DNA of 64,000 nucleotides from positions 42,286,001-42,350,000 of the forward strand of contig CM052818.1 in the NCBI GenBank assembly GCA_028534125.1, in the 5' to 3' direction. The stretch comes from Lama glama (lineage: Eukaryota). The position numbers and the translations under genes are program-made. The notes below the pieces were generated by a model. That model was not told the DNA's origin, ran no database searches, and was given only the letters and a program-made list of their open reading frames with translations. Positions 51,793 through 64,000 of this stretch are shown here, in pieces. Within the stretch, counting starts at the first letter, position 1. Each line of letters starts with the position of its first letter.

Positions 51793-52347
51793 TGTACCCA
51801 GATGTTGGTTTGATTCTGGTACGGGCAGACACCTAGACGTGGAAATGATCGTCAGGAGAAAGTTTATACTAGCAAATCCCTAGAAGCAGGGATTGCGACA
51901 CCCAAGCAGGGCCACAGTGGGACGCACTCGGGTCGCCTGGAGGCAGAAGGCATGAGGGGGAGTATGGGTTTCTGTGGGAAGGAATTGGCTTTCGTGGGAA
52001 TGACTAGGCAGGGTGTGGTAGGCCCGCTCGAGCAAACTTAATATGAAGAGTTTCAGTGATTTTGGTGGACCCTGGGCTCTGGGGTGGTCTCTGGTTGTCT
52101 AGTACCGGCCCCTGCGGTGGTCAGGGCAGAGGGAATACTGCCTCTGGAGTGCGAGAGCCCGAGAGACAGGGAGCTTCAGAGAACTGGCTCTGTGCTGGCT
52201 GCTTTGCAGGTCACAGGTGTGCTCACAGGGACACTGTTCTGCATAGAAGTGAACTAGCCCTGGGAGGGTAGTCTTGCCAGGATTGGCAAAACCTGCAAGT
52301 GTCAAACAATCATAAAATGCAGGAAAAAAATTTAAATGATGAATACA
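51793..52347 (-). mobile_element. Solo ERVL-class LTR (MER73/MER74/MER54-like)
   Basis: minus strand begins tgtattcatcattt...cctcccagggctag, as recalled for this LTR group; ~550 bp; left boundary approximate. Confidence 0.7.
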
Positions 52348-53344
52348 TTTGAATGTAAGAAATAAGATCTACGTGGATATTTTTCCCTTGGAGCAGGTAT
52401 TTGTATTTTAAAGTGATTATTTTCACTAGTTGGTAAAAATAACAATAATGATTCTTTAGACTCTTTTGAGGGTGAGTTTTGTCTTGCTTTTAGCTCCTGG
52501 AAATTAACTATCGCTTTTCTCTTTTGCCTGCTAAGAGCTCTGTGTTCAATTGTATATGTTCAAGAAATGCCAGTGACCGTCTTGTGAGTTTTATCTGTGA
52601 AACAGTCCAAGTATTTTTAAAGTCTGCTGGAACTTGTGTGTGCAGGTGGAGGTGTCTCGGGGGACCATGCATTTATTCCAACTATGTCATCATGACTCTT
52701 TTTGGTTGTTTTTGGTTTTCGTTGGGTTGTTTGTGTCTGGAATTCCCTTCAGGGTCTGTAGCAAATGCTTAGAAATGTCTTCAGTGATAGCTTATTTTCA
52801 TCCCTTGAAGGTGCTTTGGTTTTTGGAAACAGCCAACTGCACATTAAATGGAGTTAGATTAAGTTGATGATATGGAAACAAACAAACAAAAAAAGATCTG
52901 ACTGAAAGACAGTCAGTAATGGGACTGGTTTGCCCAGGGAAGCCTCGCGCCGGCCTTAACAACTCTGGGAGGGATGGGCCTACAATGGCTGGAGCAACAG
53001 CCACACACCTGAAATAAGGGCTTCTGAGCTTTGAAGAGACAGGGCTAATGTTGAAGAGTAGGTTTAGATGTACTTGTTTGAGAATTAACCTCTTTTCTGC
53101 ATGTTGAAGGGAAATAGCTGAAGAAAATAAAAGTAGGGTGGGAAAAAAACAACCGGGTGGGCCTGTAACTGTAGATCACCTTATAAAAAACCAAAAGAGA
53201 GAAAATTAATAGGGAAGAATTATTAGTATGTGAAACTATTGGATTTCTTTTCCTCCAAAGTAAGGGTCCTGAAGGACTGCTGGGCTGGTATCAAATGGCA
53301 GAATACTCAAAGCAGACATAAGTCAAAACGGCAGCCCTGGGGTT

Positions 53345-53388
53345 GTGTGTGTGTGTGTGTGTGTGCGCACGTGTGTGCGTGTACACGC
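53345..53388 (+). repeat. (TG)n / alternating purine-pyrimidine tract
   Basis: tgtgtgtgtgtgtgtgtgtgtgcgcacgtgtgtgcgtgtacacg. Confidence 0.9.
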
Positions 53389-54956
53389 TTGTGCAGATAT
53401 GCCGCTTCTAGATTCTAGGTAAATCTTTCTCAAATAATTCAGAATTTTCAGCAGACTAAACTTACATGCTTTTTCTTGCTTTGTCTTCTGGTGTCTAAAA
53501 TATACAGCTTAACCCCATTATTCTTCAGTTTCACTAGTGTTCTGGAATACATTCAGCAATCTTACGCCTCTTCTTTGCTCTCATAATTGTACAGAATTTG
53601 ATTTGGGCCCTTTGCCTTGTACTTTTCAGTTACTTATCTGGAAGACTTGTCCTAGTGTGTTTATCCCCAAAGGACAGGGACTCAGATTCTTATTTTAGGG
53701 CAATATCTGGTTTAGGGAAAGTTCTCACTGATACTGAATGAAGGGCTGAATTTGGAAATGAGCCTTAAAATGAGTAGCTTTTGATCACGGAACATTTCTA
53801 AAATAGTATGATTCCTTGGGAGGCCTGAGGCCGACTGGTGGCCCAGTTTGGTTCATAAGGTTTGGAGAACACAGAGGGAATGAGTATGTAGAGAACTAAT
53901 ACTCCCTTTGGAGAGGCTCAGGGGAGAAGGCTGAGCTTTTCCCCCTGTGACTCATCCACAGGACGTGCTGAGTTTTAGGTCAGCTTCTGACACTTCACCC
54001 ACTTACAGGTTGCTGCCCACCCCACCATCATCCGCTCTGTCCAGACTGTCAGCGAAACTCAGAGTATACGAATGACTTTTAAGTTTTAGTTCAAATAAGA
54101 CACAATTAGGAAGGTAAATCTTCTGGGGAAAAAAATTACATGGTGTATTTTCCAAGTCATATATTTACTTTGAATTATTTACATACTGTTTACTTTATTC
54201 GTGAGAATCATGAGATTCTCTGTTCTTTAAAACTAAAAGATTTACATTGTGGTTGCAATGAATAATTGTTATTTGTCATTTAAGACCCTAAATGAGTGGA
54301 ATTCCTCCTTATTATTGCAAAATGTATATAAACACAGATGTTATAGGCAGTGGCCTCTTTTCTTAAAGCCATGACATTGATAGGTTGTTGCTTATATAAA
54401 AATTTTTGTGGAAAAGTTGCAGGTGGTTGGGACGTTTTAAGGTGTTGTATAATCAAACCAAGAGACTGGTTTCTTTTTGTGGAGTGTGGTGAGGAGAAAG
54501 AAGAAAACCGTATTATCCTCATCGTGGTGATCAAAAGATCTACCCTAAGTGTACACTCATGAAGCTGTTTTTTGCTCTGATCATTAGTTTTCTTGTGGTC
54601 ATCTTCCACGTTAGCTGTCACTGATAGACAGAATTTTGTAGCTTGGCCTGGGTCTTGAAAACCAAAAGACTGGCTTTAAGATCTTCACTGATCTCTTGGC
54701 ACTTAGACTTTGTAGCTGCACTAACGGGATTTCCTCATGTTTGAGTAACAAACAGCATAATTTGTCTGAATTAAGGCGAGGTTATCATTTAGCATAGTTT
54801 CATGTAACCTGTATTTAAATAGCATGGAGTAGACTTTCATAAGGGGTCTTAAAGAGTTCTCTGAAGCTAATTAATGTTGAAATCATGACACTTGGTAACT
54901 ATGAATGTCATATGGATCCTCAGATGAAATAATGCAATTTTTTTCCCCACATTCAG

Positions 54957-55033
54957 TTCTTTTGAAACTAGCAAGTGATGCTTTACCAAGTGATATGACC
55001 TTGGCTCTTGCTTATCTCCTTGCCTTACCGCAG
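54957..55033 (+). CDS. NBAS: NBAS coding exon (77 nt)
   Basis: attcag|TTCTTTTG...CCGCAG|gtaagt; (V)LLKLASDALPSDMTLALAYLLALPQ; phase 1/0. Confidence 0.95.
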
Positions 55034-55416
55034 GTAAGTTTACCCTTACCAAGAAAGAAGGACTTACAAGTGGAGAAACTGGAAGTCTAAACTGGGGACC
55101 TTCATCAGTAACTTGTTTATTACATGTTTGACTTGTTTCTGATTGTTCTTGCATGATGGAAGGACTGTGGGCAGTATCCAGTTCTACAATATTAGCTGAA
55201 AAGTTGGTTTTTAAATCTACTTTTACACACACAGGATCTACCTTTATGGTGCCTGCTGAACTTCAGTGTGGTCATATTAAGATGAGCTTGAGCTTGAGTT
55301 GATATGATGGAAACTTAGGAGCAAAATTCTACCAGTAATGACTAGAAATATAATGGTTTATGGTGATGGTGCTGATATCCTTTCCACTGAGCTCATTCTC
55401 TCATGCTCCCTTCTAG

Positions 55417-55554
55417 GTGTTGGATGCCAACAAGTGCTTTGAGAAGCAGTCCCACTCTGCGGTGTCCCTGCAGCTGGCAGCCTACTACTACAGCTTGCAG
55501 ATCTACGCCCGGTTGGCTCCGTGTTTCATGGACAAGTGCCACCCTCTCTACAGG
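55417..55554 (+). CDS. NBAS: NBAS coding exon (138 nt; last exon found in window, ~human exon 40)
   Basis: ttctag|GTGTTG...TACAGG|gtgagt; VLDANKCFEKQSHSAVSLQLAAYYYSLQIYARLAPCFMDKCHPLYR; phase 0/0. Confidence 0.96.
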
Positions 55555-58500
55555 GTGAGTCCTCGTGGCTCCCGCTTCATTCACGAGCAGAGTTAAAGCT
55601 TTTCTAAGACAGCTGAAACACGGGCTTAGCCCTCTGGAGGGACCGGCGCGCTTTGTGTTCAGAATGCATTCCCAGTGGCCGGCAGCCTTTGCCTTTTCTG
55701 TGTTAGATGTAGTTGCTTTTCCAGGCATCCAGTAAGAGGTAGACTTTGTGATATTTATTGTGAATGCTGATTCGTTCGTCCCTTACCTCTTCTATTATTT
55801 GTTTGATTTTACAGCATTCTTAGGAAAGGCTAAAGCAGTAGGAGAGGAGAAATGGAGAACTGGCTTCTTAATTCACTTCTCCAAAGGAAGATGGCTTTGT
55901 TGAATTTAGGACAGCAGGCAGTGTAATTCTTCGAGCGGTGCTGCACTTTCATTTATTTTTAAGCCAGAGATACGGGAGTGTAATTGCACAGCTGAAATGT
56001 TGAGACACGTTGTGCCTCCTTGCCACCAACCCTCTGACAGCTTTTATTTACCTTCATTGTTACTTTCTGAGTGAGAGCAGCTAAGCGGGGTCTCAGGTCA
56101 CATGTGCCTTCCTTTGTGGACACAGAAGTACTCCAGATGCTGCCAGAAATGGAAGCCCTTCAGGTTTGTGTACACCAGCTTTAGGGAAATTACTTATGTT
56201 TCATACCGGACATTTGAAGAGAATTACTACTTTAAGAGCAGATAAGCAAATAGATCAGACTTGCAAATCCACTATGTGTACAAATCCAAGGTTGAGATTT
56301 TATTGAGACAGGATTCTTCCTCCCCTGCCCCAAAGCAGATTGTAAAGAAATAGTTTCACATGTGTATCAAAGTTGTAGCTGCCTCAGCCATCCAAACATA
56401 TCTAAGAACCTGTAAGTACATGAGGATATTCCATTTGTGGCAAAATCTGTAGCTTTCATTCATCAGTTTTTATTTAAAAAGAGGAAGGGCCGTGGGGGAA
56501 CCATGTACAACATCAGTTACTCCCCAAGGGCATCACCATTAGGAGGTGGGTATTGTTCTCAGGCCTGATTTTACTAGGAAGACATTTGGCCAAGACACAG
56601 GAGTGTTTCTCCTTTTTAGCCAGTTGATAAAAGATAATACTTTATTTTGGGAATTTTGAATTTATTTATTTTCTTTTCGATATCCACTGCTGCTTTGCAG
56701 GGATATTTTTATTCTGCACTCCTTTGTCTTGCTTTTATATCGCAGGTATGTTTTTATGTGAAATGAGAAATTGGCCTACTGTGTTGCAAATTGAAGGAAT
56801 GAAGTGATCATATAGGTAGAAGTGTGGCAGGTTTATACCTGGAACAATGTGCTTACTCAGTGTCTTGCTCATGACATTCAGTCGGACGGCTGGCCAGGCG
56901 TGTTCGTGGCATGTTTGCCAGTGTCTGCTTCTCAGCACCCTCGTCTTTTCATGGTGGTATATCTGCACACAAGTACAGCATAATTTGCTCCGGAACTCCC
57001 GAGTCACATGCATTATTCCGATGTCTGTAGACTGCATCAGGGCCATACTGTGTGCCCAGAACTGTGCTCCACTTCTCATGAATACAGGAGATGAAGGCCA
57101 CTCAGCTAGCTGGCCTGTCACTAAACCCCTGGAGCACCTGGTGTGTGCGGGGGACTCTGAGCTCTGACATAAGAAGTTGAAAGTGGCTGCCCCACCTCCT
57201 CTGTGGGTCCACATGCGACACTCACACAGCAGTGGGTTGGAAGAGCTGCAAGTAAGAGGACTGGAACCCGATGTAAATGTAAGACAGACTAAGGGCTTGG
57301 ACTGTCACGGAGCCAAGGAGCTTGCTACGTTTAGGCCTGATGGTTCTGTTCATTTCCTAAAAACTTAAAATAGTCCTCTTGGAGGAACGTTCTAGTACAG
57401 TATATATTGTTCCTATTTTCCCTGCTAGTAAATTACTTTGTACCAAAAATGAAAAGTCCTAAAAATACTGCTTGTGAGAGAGGTCAGGTAGGAGAGAACC
57501 GTGCAGTTCCGCCCCAGCTTTCCTGTCTGGCAGGGACTGTTCCCTGCTTGAGACGCCCAGGCGCTCTGCAGGGAGCCCCATTCGGATGTCTGCAGCAGGA
57601 GCACGCAGAGGGAGAAAGTAGGACATGGAAGGCTAGGGGTCAGAAGTAAAGGTGTGTCCGTCTTCTTTTCACTTGGTAGGAAGCATGAGTATTTTATTTT
57701 CAGGTTTCTATTTTGCACGTCCTTTCCTCAGCCCAGCGTTCTTGGAGTGCCTGCTCTGAGGGACGGCCTCGAGCCTGGCCTTGCAGGAGGAAGGATAGTG
57801 ACACTTAATTCCGACCACTTAGTACCCTTTCCCCCAATTTCTGTTCTTCCTTCCAACTTGTGTCAACCTGCCTTGACTGCCGTTTGACTCTTGGAATTGT
57901 TCCTGCCTGTGTTTCTCTACCCAGCTGTCCTTTCCCTCAAAGCTGTCCCTGGGAGCTCTCTGGCCTGGCCCTAGGCCTTGGCCTCTGAGTCCCAGCTGTG
58001 GGACACGGTTCCCTTCCGGGGCCCAGGGGAGTCAGGCAGCTGCTGTTCAGCGTTGTTGCTGATCCTGGGGGAGTAGAAGCCCGTGCAGTTCGTGCGGCCC
58101 AGTGGTGATGCTGCGGCACGTGGTTTCTGCCTTGTCAGCTGCTGCAGACAGGAACAGACATGCCGCGCGACAGCGCTAGGCTGGCACGTGGCTGGGGCCC
58201 TAGCTGGCCAGGTCTCCATGGAAAGCATCTGGTTGTTAGTCTGAAGGGTAAAATGAAGAGTGAAAAATGAAATGAAACATCCTCTTGTCTTCAGCCTTGT
58301 TACTTTTGTGTCTTCCCCCAAGGGTCATCAGAGCAGTCTTTCTCAAGTGGAGGTATGGCCATCGTCCCACCTAAAGTCCAGTGATTTTTTTCCCACCCCA
58401 GCAGGATAGTCGCCTCTGTCTGTTTCTGCAACTTCATCTTCCTTTTTTCCAGCCATTCCAAGCTGCTTAAATGTCTCGGACACCCTGTGTATTCTCTGTT

Positions 58501-58884
58501 TCTTGTCTTGAACACGTTGGGCTCTGCCTATAATGTTTCCCCAGCATTTCTTTGCTCAGAGACTGGGTTCCGGTGTCACCTCGCCCAGGCCTGCTTCCTG
58601 CCGCTGTCCTGTGCTGCTCCCGGGCTGTGCTGGGTGCCCCTGCTTGTGCGTTGGGACTGTGCTTGACTTAGCTCTGTCGTGGCCCTTCTGCTCTGTTGCT
58701 TTCATCTCACCAGAGAGCGAGCTGTGTGAGGCCAGTGTCTGTGTTGTGTTTATTGGTTTCCTCAGGCTGAGAGCAGGACCTTGAAACATCAAGGGTAGTA
58801 AACAAATGTTCACTGGCTAGGTCACTGAAAATTAATGAGTAAGTAATTCTTCCATACATATGAGGTAATCCAATTACGGGCGTG

Positions 58885-59280
58885 GGTGTTCATCAGACAT
58901 TTGTCAGGGGACTGTTATGCCAGGCAGTGTTCTAGATCCTGGGGAAACAGTAGTGAACAAAGTATATTAAAACCTTTGCCCTTTTTGGATTTACATTCTA
59001 TTGGGAAAGGGGCACCAAAAACTAAGTAAGTAAATAAAACATATACCGTGTTAGATGATGAGCTTTGGAAACAAAAGGCAAAGGATAAGGCTGCACGTGT
59101 GGGTGGCGAGTACAGTTTAAACAGGCCCAGAAAAGGCCCCGGCTGAGAAGAGGACCTTTGAGTAAAGACAGAAAGGCGAATGTGGCGTCAGGGAGGTACC
59201 GGGGGAGAGCGTTCCAGGCGGATGGATGGAACCTGTAGCAGGAGTCGAGGGGTCTCTGGCCATTATGGGTACTGCGGTGT
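58885..59280 (-). mobile_element. LINE-2 fragment
   Basis: tatgccaggcagtgttctagatcctggggaaacagtagtgaacaaa...acctttgagtaaagac...gagcgttccaggc. Confidence 0.7.
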
Positions 59281-61102
59281 TTTCTCACAAAGTGTTTAAG
59301 AAAGTATGGAGAAGTCGCTCTATAAAATTCAGGGCACAGAAGTGTTGCCTGACTCCAGAGGAAAAGGATGGAAATACAATCTGGGAGCAGGGTCTCTTCT
59401 CTCTGGCTAAGAAAGAGTCGGGGGTGGGGGGGGTGACGGCAGCAGTCAGCCTGGGGGCTTGTTCACGGGAGTCGTCAGTGGACGGGAGAAAGGTCGGCCT
59501 GACCCTCGGAAGGCACCGCCTGTCAGTACCTTCCACGTTCATTCTGCCTTTGATCCTTCGAGCAACCCCACTTTGCAGAAGCGACTCGGAGAAATTCGAT
59601 TGCCTGCTCAGGGCTGTTCTGGTAGAAGGTGACATCTGGCCCTTAGAGCTCCCGATTGCAGGCTGTCCCTGCCTTTTGCTTGGACGTGCTGCGGCTCTCT
59701 CTCTGTTGCAGAAGGAGCCTGTCACTGTGTCTTGGGCCTGAGGGATCGCTGGCCTGCAGGTCTGACGGGTCATTCCCAGCACGACATTTTCATGTGCTCT
59801 ATTCTAAACTCCTGTGTCCAATCTGGAGGCCCCTCAGTGACCTGGACGGCTCTTTCTTGGTCCGCCAGCCGTGACCCTGGCACTGGCTCAGTGGAAGTTC
59901 ATGTTCTGACTGTTCAGAGTTTATGGATTTAACACCATTTCCACAGCTCTGTGCCTTTGCGGATGTAATTCTCCTGCCTGAAAGTCCTCCTTCCTCCCAC
60001 CATCAGCGTGTGGGTCTGAGCTCAGAAGAGCGCCCTCTGCTGTCTCGGTAGACATTGGGGCGTCTTCTGTCCCCTGGAGACACCCACCGGAGCTGTTCCT
60101 TTAGGCGGTTGTAGCGATGTGTGTCTGTCTGCTCTCCGTGTAGTGACCTCGCTAAGGGCAGGGGCCCCAGTCTGTCCCTGAGGCCCTACAACTCCACCCC
60201 CCGCAGCTACTCAGCGGCTGTTCCTCGGCGTTTGGACACATTTAGGAATCGTTTCAGCTGCTGTGGTTTGGGGACAGCCTTTAGGCGTCAGTTTTAGTTT
60301 TGAGTCCTGACTCTTAGATTTCAAGGAATCATGGCTGGTTATGTTAGCTGGATGTTTTAAGTACATTTGAGTTTTCCACTGACTACCTAACGGCTCATTT
60401 TTAGGTCTTTTCAGCATCTTCCTCTGCATAAAGCAGCACTGCTGAGTTTGGAATTAGGTATGACGAACTCCTGATGAATCATCCTGGAAACTGAAATCAC
60501 AGTGGCTTCCGTTTGTTGCCTCCACATAATAACCCTCGGGGAAGCTTGGCTCTCACTCAGCTGTCAGTTCAGCTCGTTTCTATTTCCGCAGTCTTTTCAC
60601 ATGTTCTCTTTCCACCCGCTGTGGTTCCTGAGCTGCGGGAATGATAACTTAGGTAGATTACGAGGTGGGAATAGAAGTGCTGATGTAATTTGTGGTGGTA
60701 TTTCTGATACCAGGCCTGTGCATCTCGATGGGAGGCGCCTCCTGAGCCCACCACACGGGCTCCCGGGAGCCGGCAGCCCCCCAGCATCCCTTCAGGTTTC
60801 TTTTCAGTGTTACACAGCGATGATGGGCAAATGGTCACTTGCGGAGGATTTTCTCCCCAGTGTTTGTCCTAATTAACCTTCTTTATATTTAAAAAATAAT
60901 ACACACATGGCAAAAAAAAAAAGCCTCAAGTGGTGAAAGTATTATAAAGTCAGTGTTTCCCTTTTGTATCCTTCCAGAAACAGTTCATAGGTATACATAT
61001 TTTCATAACTAATTTTTATACAAATATGAGTAACCTGTATACATTTTTCTGTACCTGACTTTCTTCATTTGTATCTTATTATAATTATTATAAATGCATC
61101 TT

Positions 61103-61302
61103 TTTTGAAGTATAGGTAATTTACAATGTTGTGTTTCTGGGGTACAGCAGAGCGATTCAGTTATACATGTATTTCATAATCTTTTCCATTACAGTTTATT
61201 ATAAGATATTGAATATAGTTCCCCACAGTAGGACCTTTTTGTTTATCTATTCTGTACATAGTAGTTTATACCTGCTAATCCCAAACTTATCCCTCTTCTT
61301 TG
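61103..61302 (-). mobile_element. Short LINE-1 3' terminal fragment with TSD
   Basis: same family as the 50.4 kb copy; flanked by taaatgc(a/g)tctt at 61091-61102 and 61303-61314. Confidence 0.8.
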
Positions 61303-61730
61303 TAAATGCGTCTTGAAGTGTGATTTCTCTAGCATTCTTTTTAAAGAATTTCAGAAGATAAAATCAGTTAAAAATGGAAACATGTCTTTTTAGTTTTATA
61401 ATGCTAGAGAAGCAAACACGGCAGGGGATGAAATTCAAGACTTTATGGTAGACGATTCTAAAATGTGGTGTTTTTTTTTTTTAAGCTACTAATTGAAATA
61501 CTAAGTAGAAAATTATCTCAAGCAAATAACAACCCTAGAGGGGAAATATACCACCTGTTTAAAACTTTCCAAACAATATTACCAAGAAACGGAGACTATA
61601 AAGCCTGAATGGATTTATTACCAGTATACTAGTAAGTAGTAGATTAAGTCGTCAAACATTCTGGTGTCGTAAATACTGATGTACATTTTTTTTTTACGGG
61701 GACTTGACCATATTCCTGAAAGAAATTGTA

Positions 61731-62230
61731 NNNNNNNNNNNNNNNNNNNNNNNNNNNNNNNNNNNNNNNNNNNNNNNNNNNNNNNNNNNNNNNNNNNNNN
61801 NNNNNNNNNNNNNNNNNNNNNNNNNNNNNNNNNNNNNNNNNNNNNNNNNNNNNNNNNNNNNNNNNNNNNNNNNNNNNNNNNNNNNNNNNNNNNNNNNNNN
61901 NNNNNNNNNNNNNNNNNNNNNNNNNNNNNNNNNNNNNNNNNNNNNNNNNNNNNNNNNNNNNNNNNNNNNNNNNNNNNNNNNNNNNNNNNNNNNNNNNNNN
62001 NNNNNNNNNNNNNNNNNNNNNNNNNNNNNNNNNNNNNNNNNNNNNNNNNNNNNNNNNNNNNNNNNNNNNNNNNNNNNNNNNNNNNNNNNNNNNNNNNNNN
62101 NNNNNNNNNNNNNNNNNNNNNNNNNNNNNNNNNNNNNNNNNNNNNNNNNNNNNNNNNNNNNNNNNNNNNNNNNNNNNNNNNNNNNNNNNNNNNNNNNNNN
62201 NNNNNNNNNNNNNNNNNNNNNNNNNNNNNN
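61731..62230. other. Assembly gap (500 N)
   Basis: run of N. Confidence 1.
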
Positions 62231-62769
62231 AAAATACACAGTAGTCTTTAGATGGCTTGTTCAAAGTGTCTCGAAGTGTCCATGGTTTTCTGAGCTAGCA
62301 GTTCGGACTTGGAGATGGCGCTTTAGTGTCTTACACGCGAGAGTCCTTGAACCTGCTTCCTTCTGTCTCGCAGCCCCCCCTTCAGCTGTACAGTGTGGCC
62401 GTTCTTTATCTTCTTACTAATTGTATGTCCATTTTAATGGCCGTTGTTTTCGGTTAGTGCATTATGTAGGTGCCCTTTGTTGTCTGTACATCTTACTTAA
62501 TGCATTCTCAGTGCTGGGGTGACTTTGAGGAGAACATAATGTAGTTTGGTTTCTTCCCACTTTTATCAGATGGGGAACATGGACACTTGGCGAGCACGTT
62601 CCTGGTGTCAGGCGTCGTGCCAGGTTCCCACGGTGGAAAGGATGGAGCACTGATGGTCCCTGTTCTCAGGGATTCTCCTTCCGTCCTGTGGGTGTAGCTA
62701 CTCGATCAGTACTTCAAGAAGTAATTTTTAATTGACAGTTACCCAATAATCCATGTGTTGACAGGCTTA

Positions 62770-62980
62770 ACCCTGTCCTTGGCCTCTTTTTTTTTTTTAT
62801 AGTCTGTGAGCAAAGACTGGCCTTTACATTTTTAAAGGTTTGTGGAAAAACAAGAATTAAAAAAAAAAAGAGAAAACAATGGAAAGAAGGGTCCGCTGCC
62901 TGTGCTGCAGAGGCCATATGGGGGCAGAGCTTGCAGGTCTGCCCTCTGACCCCGGGCAGAAACCTTCACCGGCCCCTGGC
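62770..62980. mobile_element. MER58-like hAT-Charlie DNA transposon
   Basis: tttacatttttaaaggtttgt...gcagaggccatatgg...cagaaaccttcaccggcccctg. Confidence 0.55.
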
Positions 62981-63711
62981 TGATCAGACGGACAAATGCC
63001 CTGGTTTCCTTAGCTGGGGTGAATATAGGCTTAGCAGTATTACTTCATGAAAATAGGTATTTCATTCCAATTTCTGTGGTTTTGTCCCCCATTCTTCCAA
63101 GAAGTCCATCTTTATGTTTCTCTACTTCTGGGAAATAGAATCCTGAAATAGTGTCTCCAAAATGGCCTTAGTGTAGGTGCTCCGGACCAGGATTCCTTCT
63201 ATACCCAGAGGTTCTCAAATCTGGTGACATCATTCCATTCCCCAGCTTAAACTTTCCGCTGACTCTCCATTGCCTCTGGGATAAGGTGCAGTCCTGTGAG
63301 GACCCCATGCATTCCTGGTTGTGACCCCTGACCCTGTCTGCTTCCTCTGTCGGAAGCCCATCTGTCTCTTCCCGTCTTTACCGCCTCTGCTTGGTTAACC
63401 TCTGTATATTCTTCCGTCTTCAGTTCCAGTCACTCCCTCATCTCTATTCTCACAGTGTTTTGTAGACCTTTCTATTAACAGCTGCACCCCATTCTGTTTA
63501 ATTACTGGCTCACATTTCACATCCTCCATTAGGCTGTGAGTTCCTTATCTTGTTTGTTTTCACATCCTAAGCAGCTAACACAATAGCTGGCACAGTGTAG
63601 AGGACAAACATGTGTTGAGGGACTAACTGTGCTTTCTCACATGTCTACCTGTAGGGCAGGGATGCGTCTCCTTTACACTACTTTTTGGCTATAGCCTCGA
63701 CACTGAGATGA

Positions 63712-63925
63712 AAATTTCTGATCTCAGTACATCTTGGACTGGATCATTCTCTGTTGCGGGAAGGCTGTTCTGTGCCCTGTAGGATGTCAGCAGCATCCTT
63801 GACCTCTACCCACCTGATGCCTATCGCTCTCTCCTTTTCCTCTCCCACTGTGACCATCAAAAATGTCTCCGGACATTGTCCAGTGTCCCCTGGGGACAGA
63901 ATCACCCTCAGGTGAGATCCTTCAA
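63712..63925 (-). mobile_element. MER20 DNA transposon
   Basis: tgtaggatgtcagcagcatccttgacctctacccacctgatgcc...tgtgaccatcaaaaatgtctccggacattgtccagtgtcccctgggg closely follows the recalled MER20 reverse complement. Confidence 0.85.
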
Positions 63926-64000
63926 TCTAAACATTTCCTTGGTCAGCAGTAATGCACCACAGTGAAAAGGGAGCATTGAAATTCCTTGGGTGTCCACAGT

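Noticed and set aside
61644..62420. Long ORFs of 170-266 aa spanning N runs (also at 38504-39304)
   Set aside because: Artefacts of translating assembly gaps.
1..64000. Most ORFs in the six-frame track as independent genes
   Set aside because: They are short, many start at GTG/TTG, and they overlap repeats or run across NBAS splice sites. Only the NBAS exon portions and L1 ORF2 remnants resemble real proteins.
55555..64000. Next NBAS exon (expected to begin ADPKELIK, from recall of the human protein)
   Set aside because: Not found in readable sequence. It is probably beyond the window, though the 500-N gap cannot be excluded.
1..64000. CRISPR array or other regularly spaced repeat system
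   Set aside because: No repeat-spacer periodicity seen; only microsatellites, short duplications and dispersed transposons.

Overview
Mammalian genomic DNA, AT-rich and repeat-rich, from a draft assembly with three N gaps (31788-31887, 38657-39156, 61731-62230). The window lies inside one large + strand gene, NBAS (neuroblastoma amplified sequence; NRZ tethering-complex subunit and ER-associated NMD factor). I traced 17 consecutive internal coding exons (4282-55554). All have GT-AG boundaries and compatible phases, and they join into an uninterrupted 2223-nt / 741-codon frame (VDCALSLIRLG...DKCHPLYR). From memory this corresponds to about human residues 860-1600 (exons ~24-40, Sec39 domain and beyond). 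Start and stop codons lie outside the window. Introns carry L1, L2, MIR, MLT1/ERVL LTRs, MER DNA transposons and a tRNA(Ala)-derived SINE resembling camelid Vic-1, which suggests alpaca/camel. Repeat family names are from recall, not a database search. I found no prokaryote-type or clearly new multi-gene system. The best leads are a consensus alternative 5' splice site that would create an NMD-sensitive NBAS isoform, an L1 with a ~46-bp target-site duplication, a twin-primed L1 inversion, and sharp exon-to-exon GC3 jumps.
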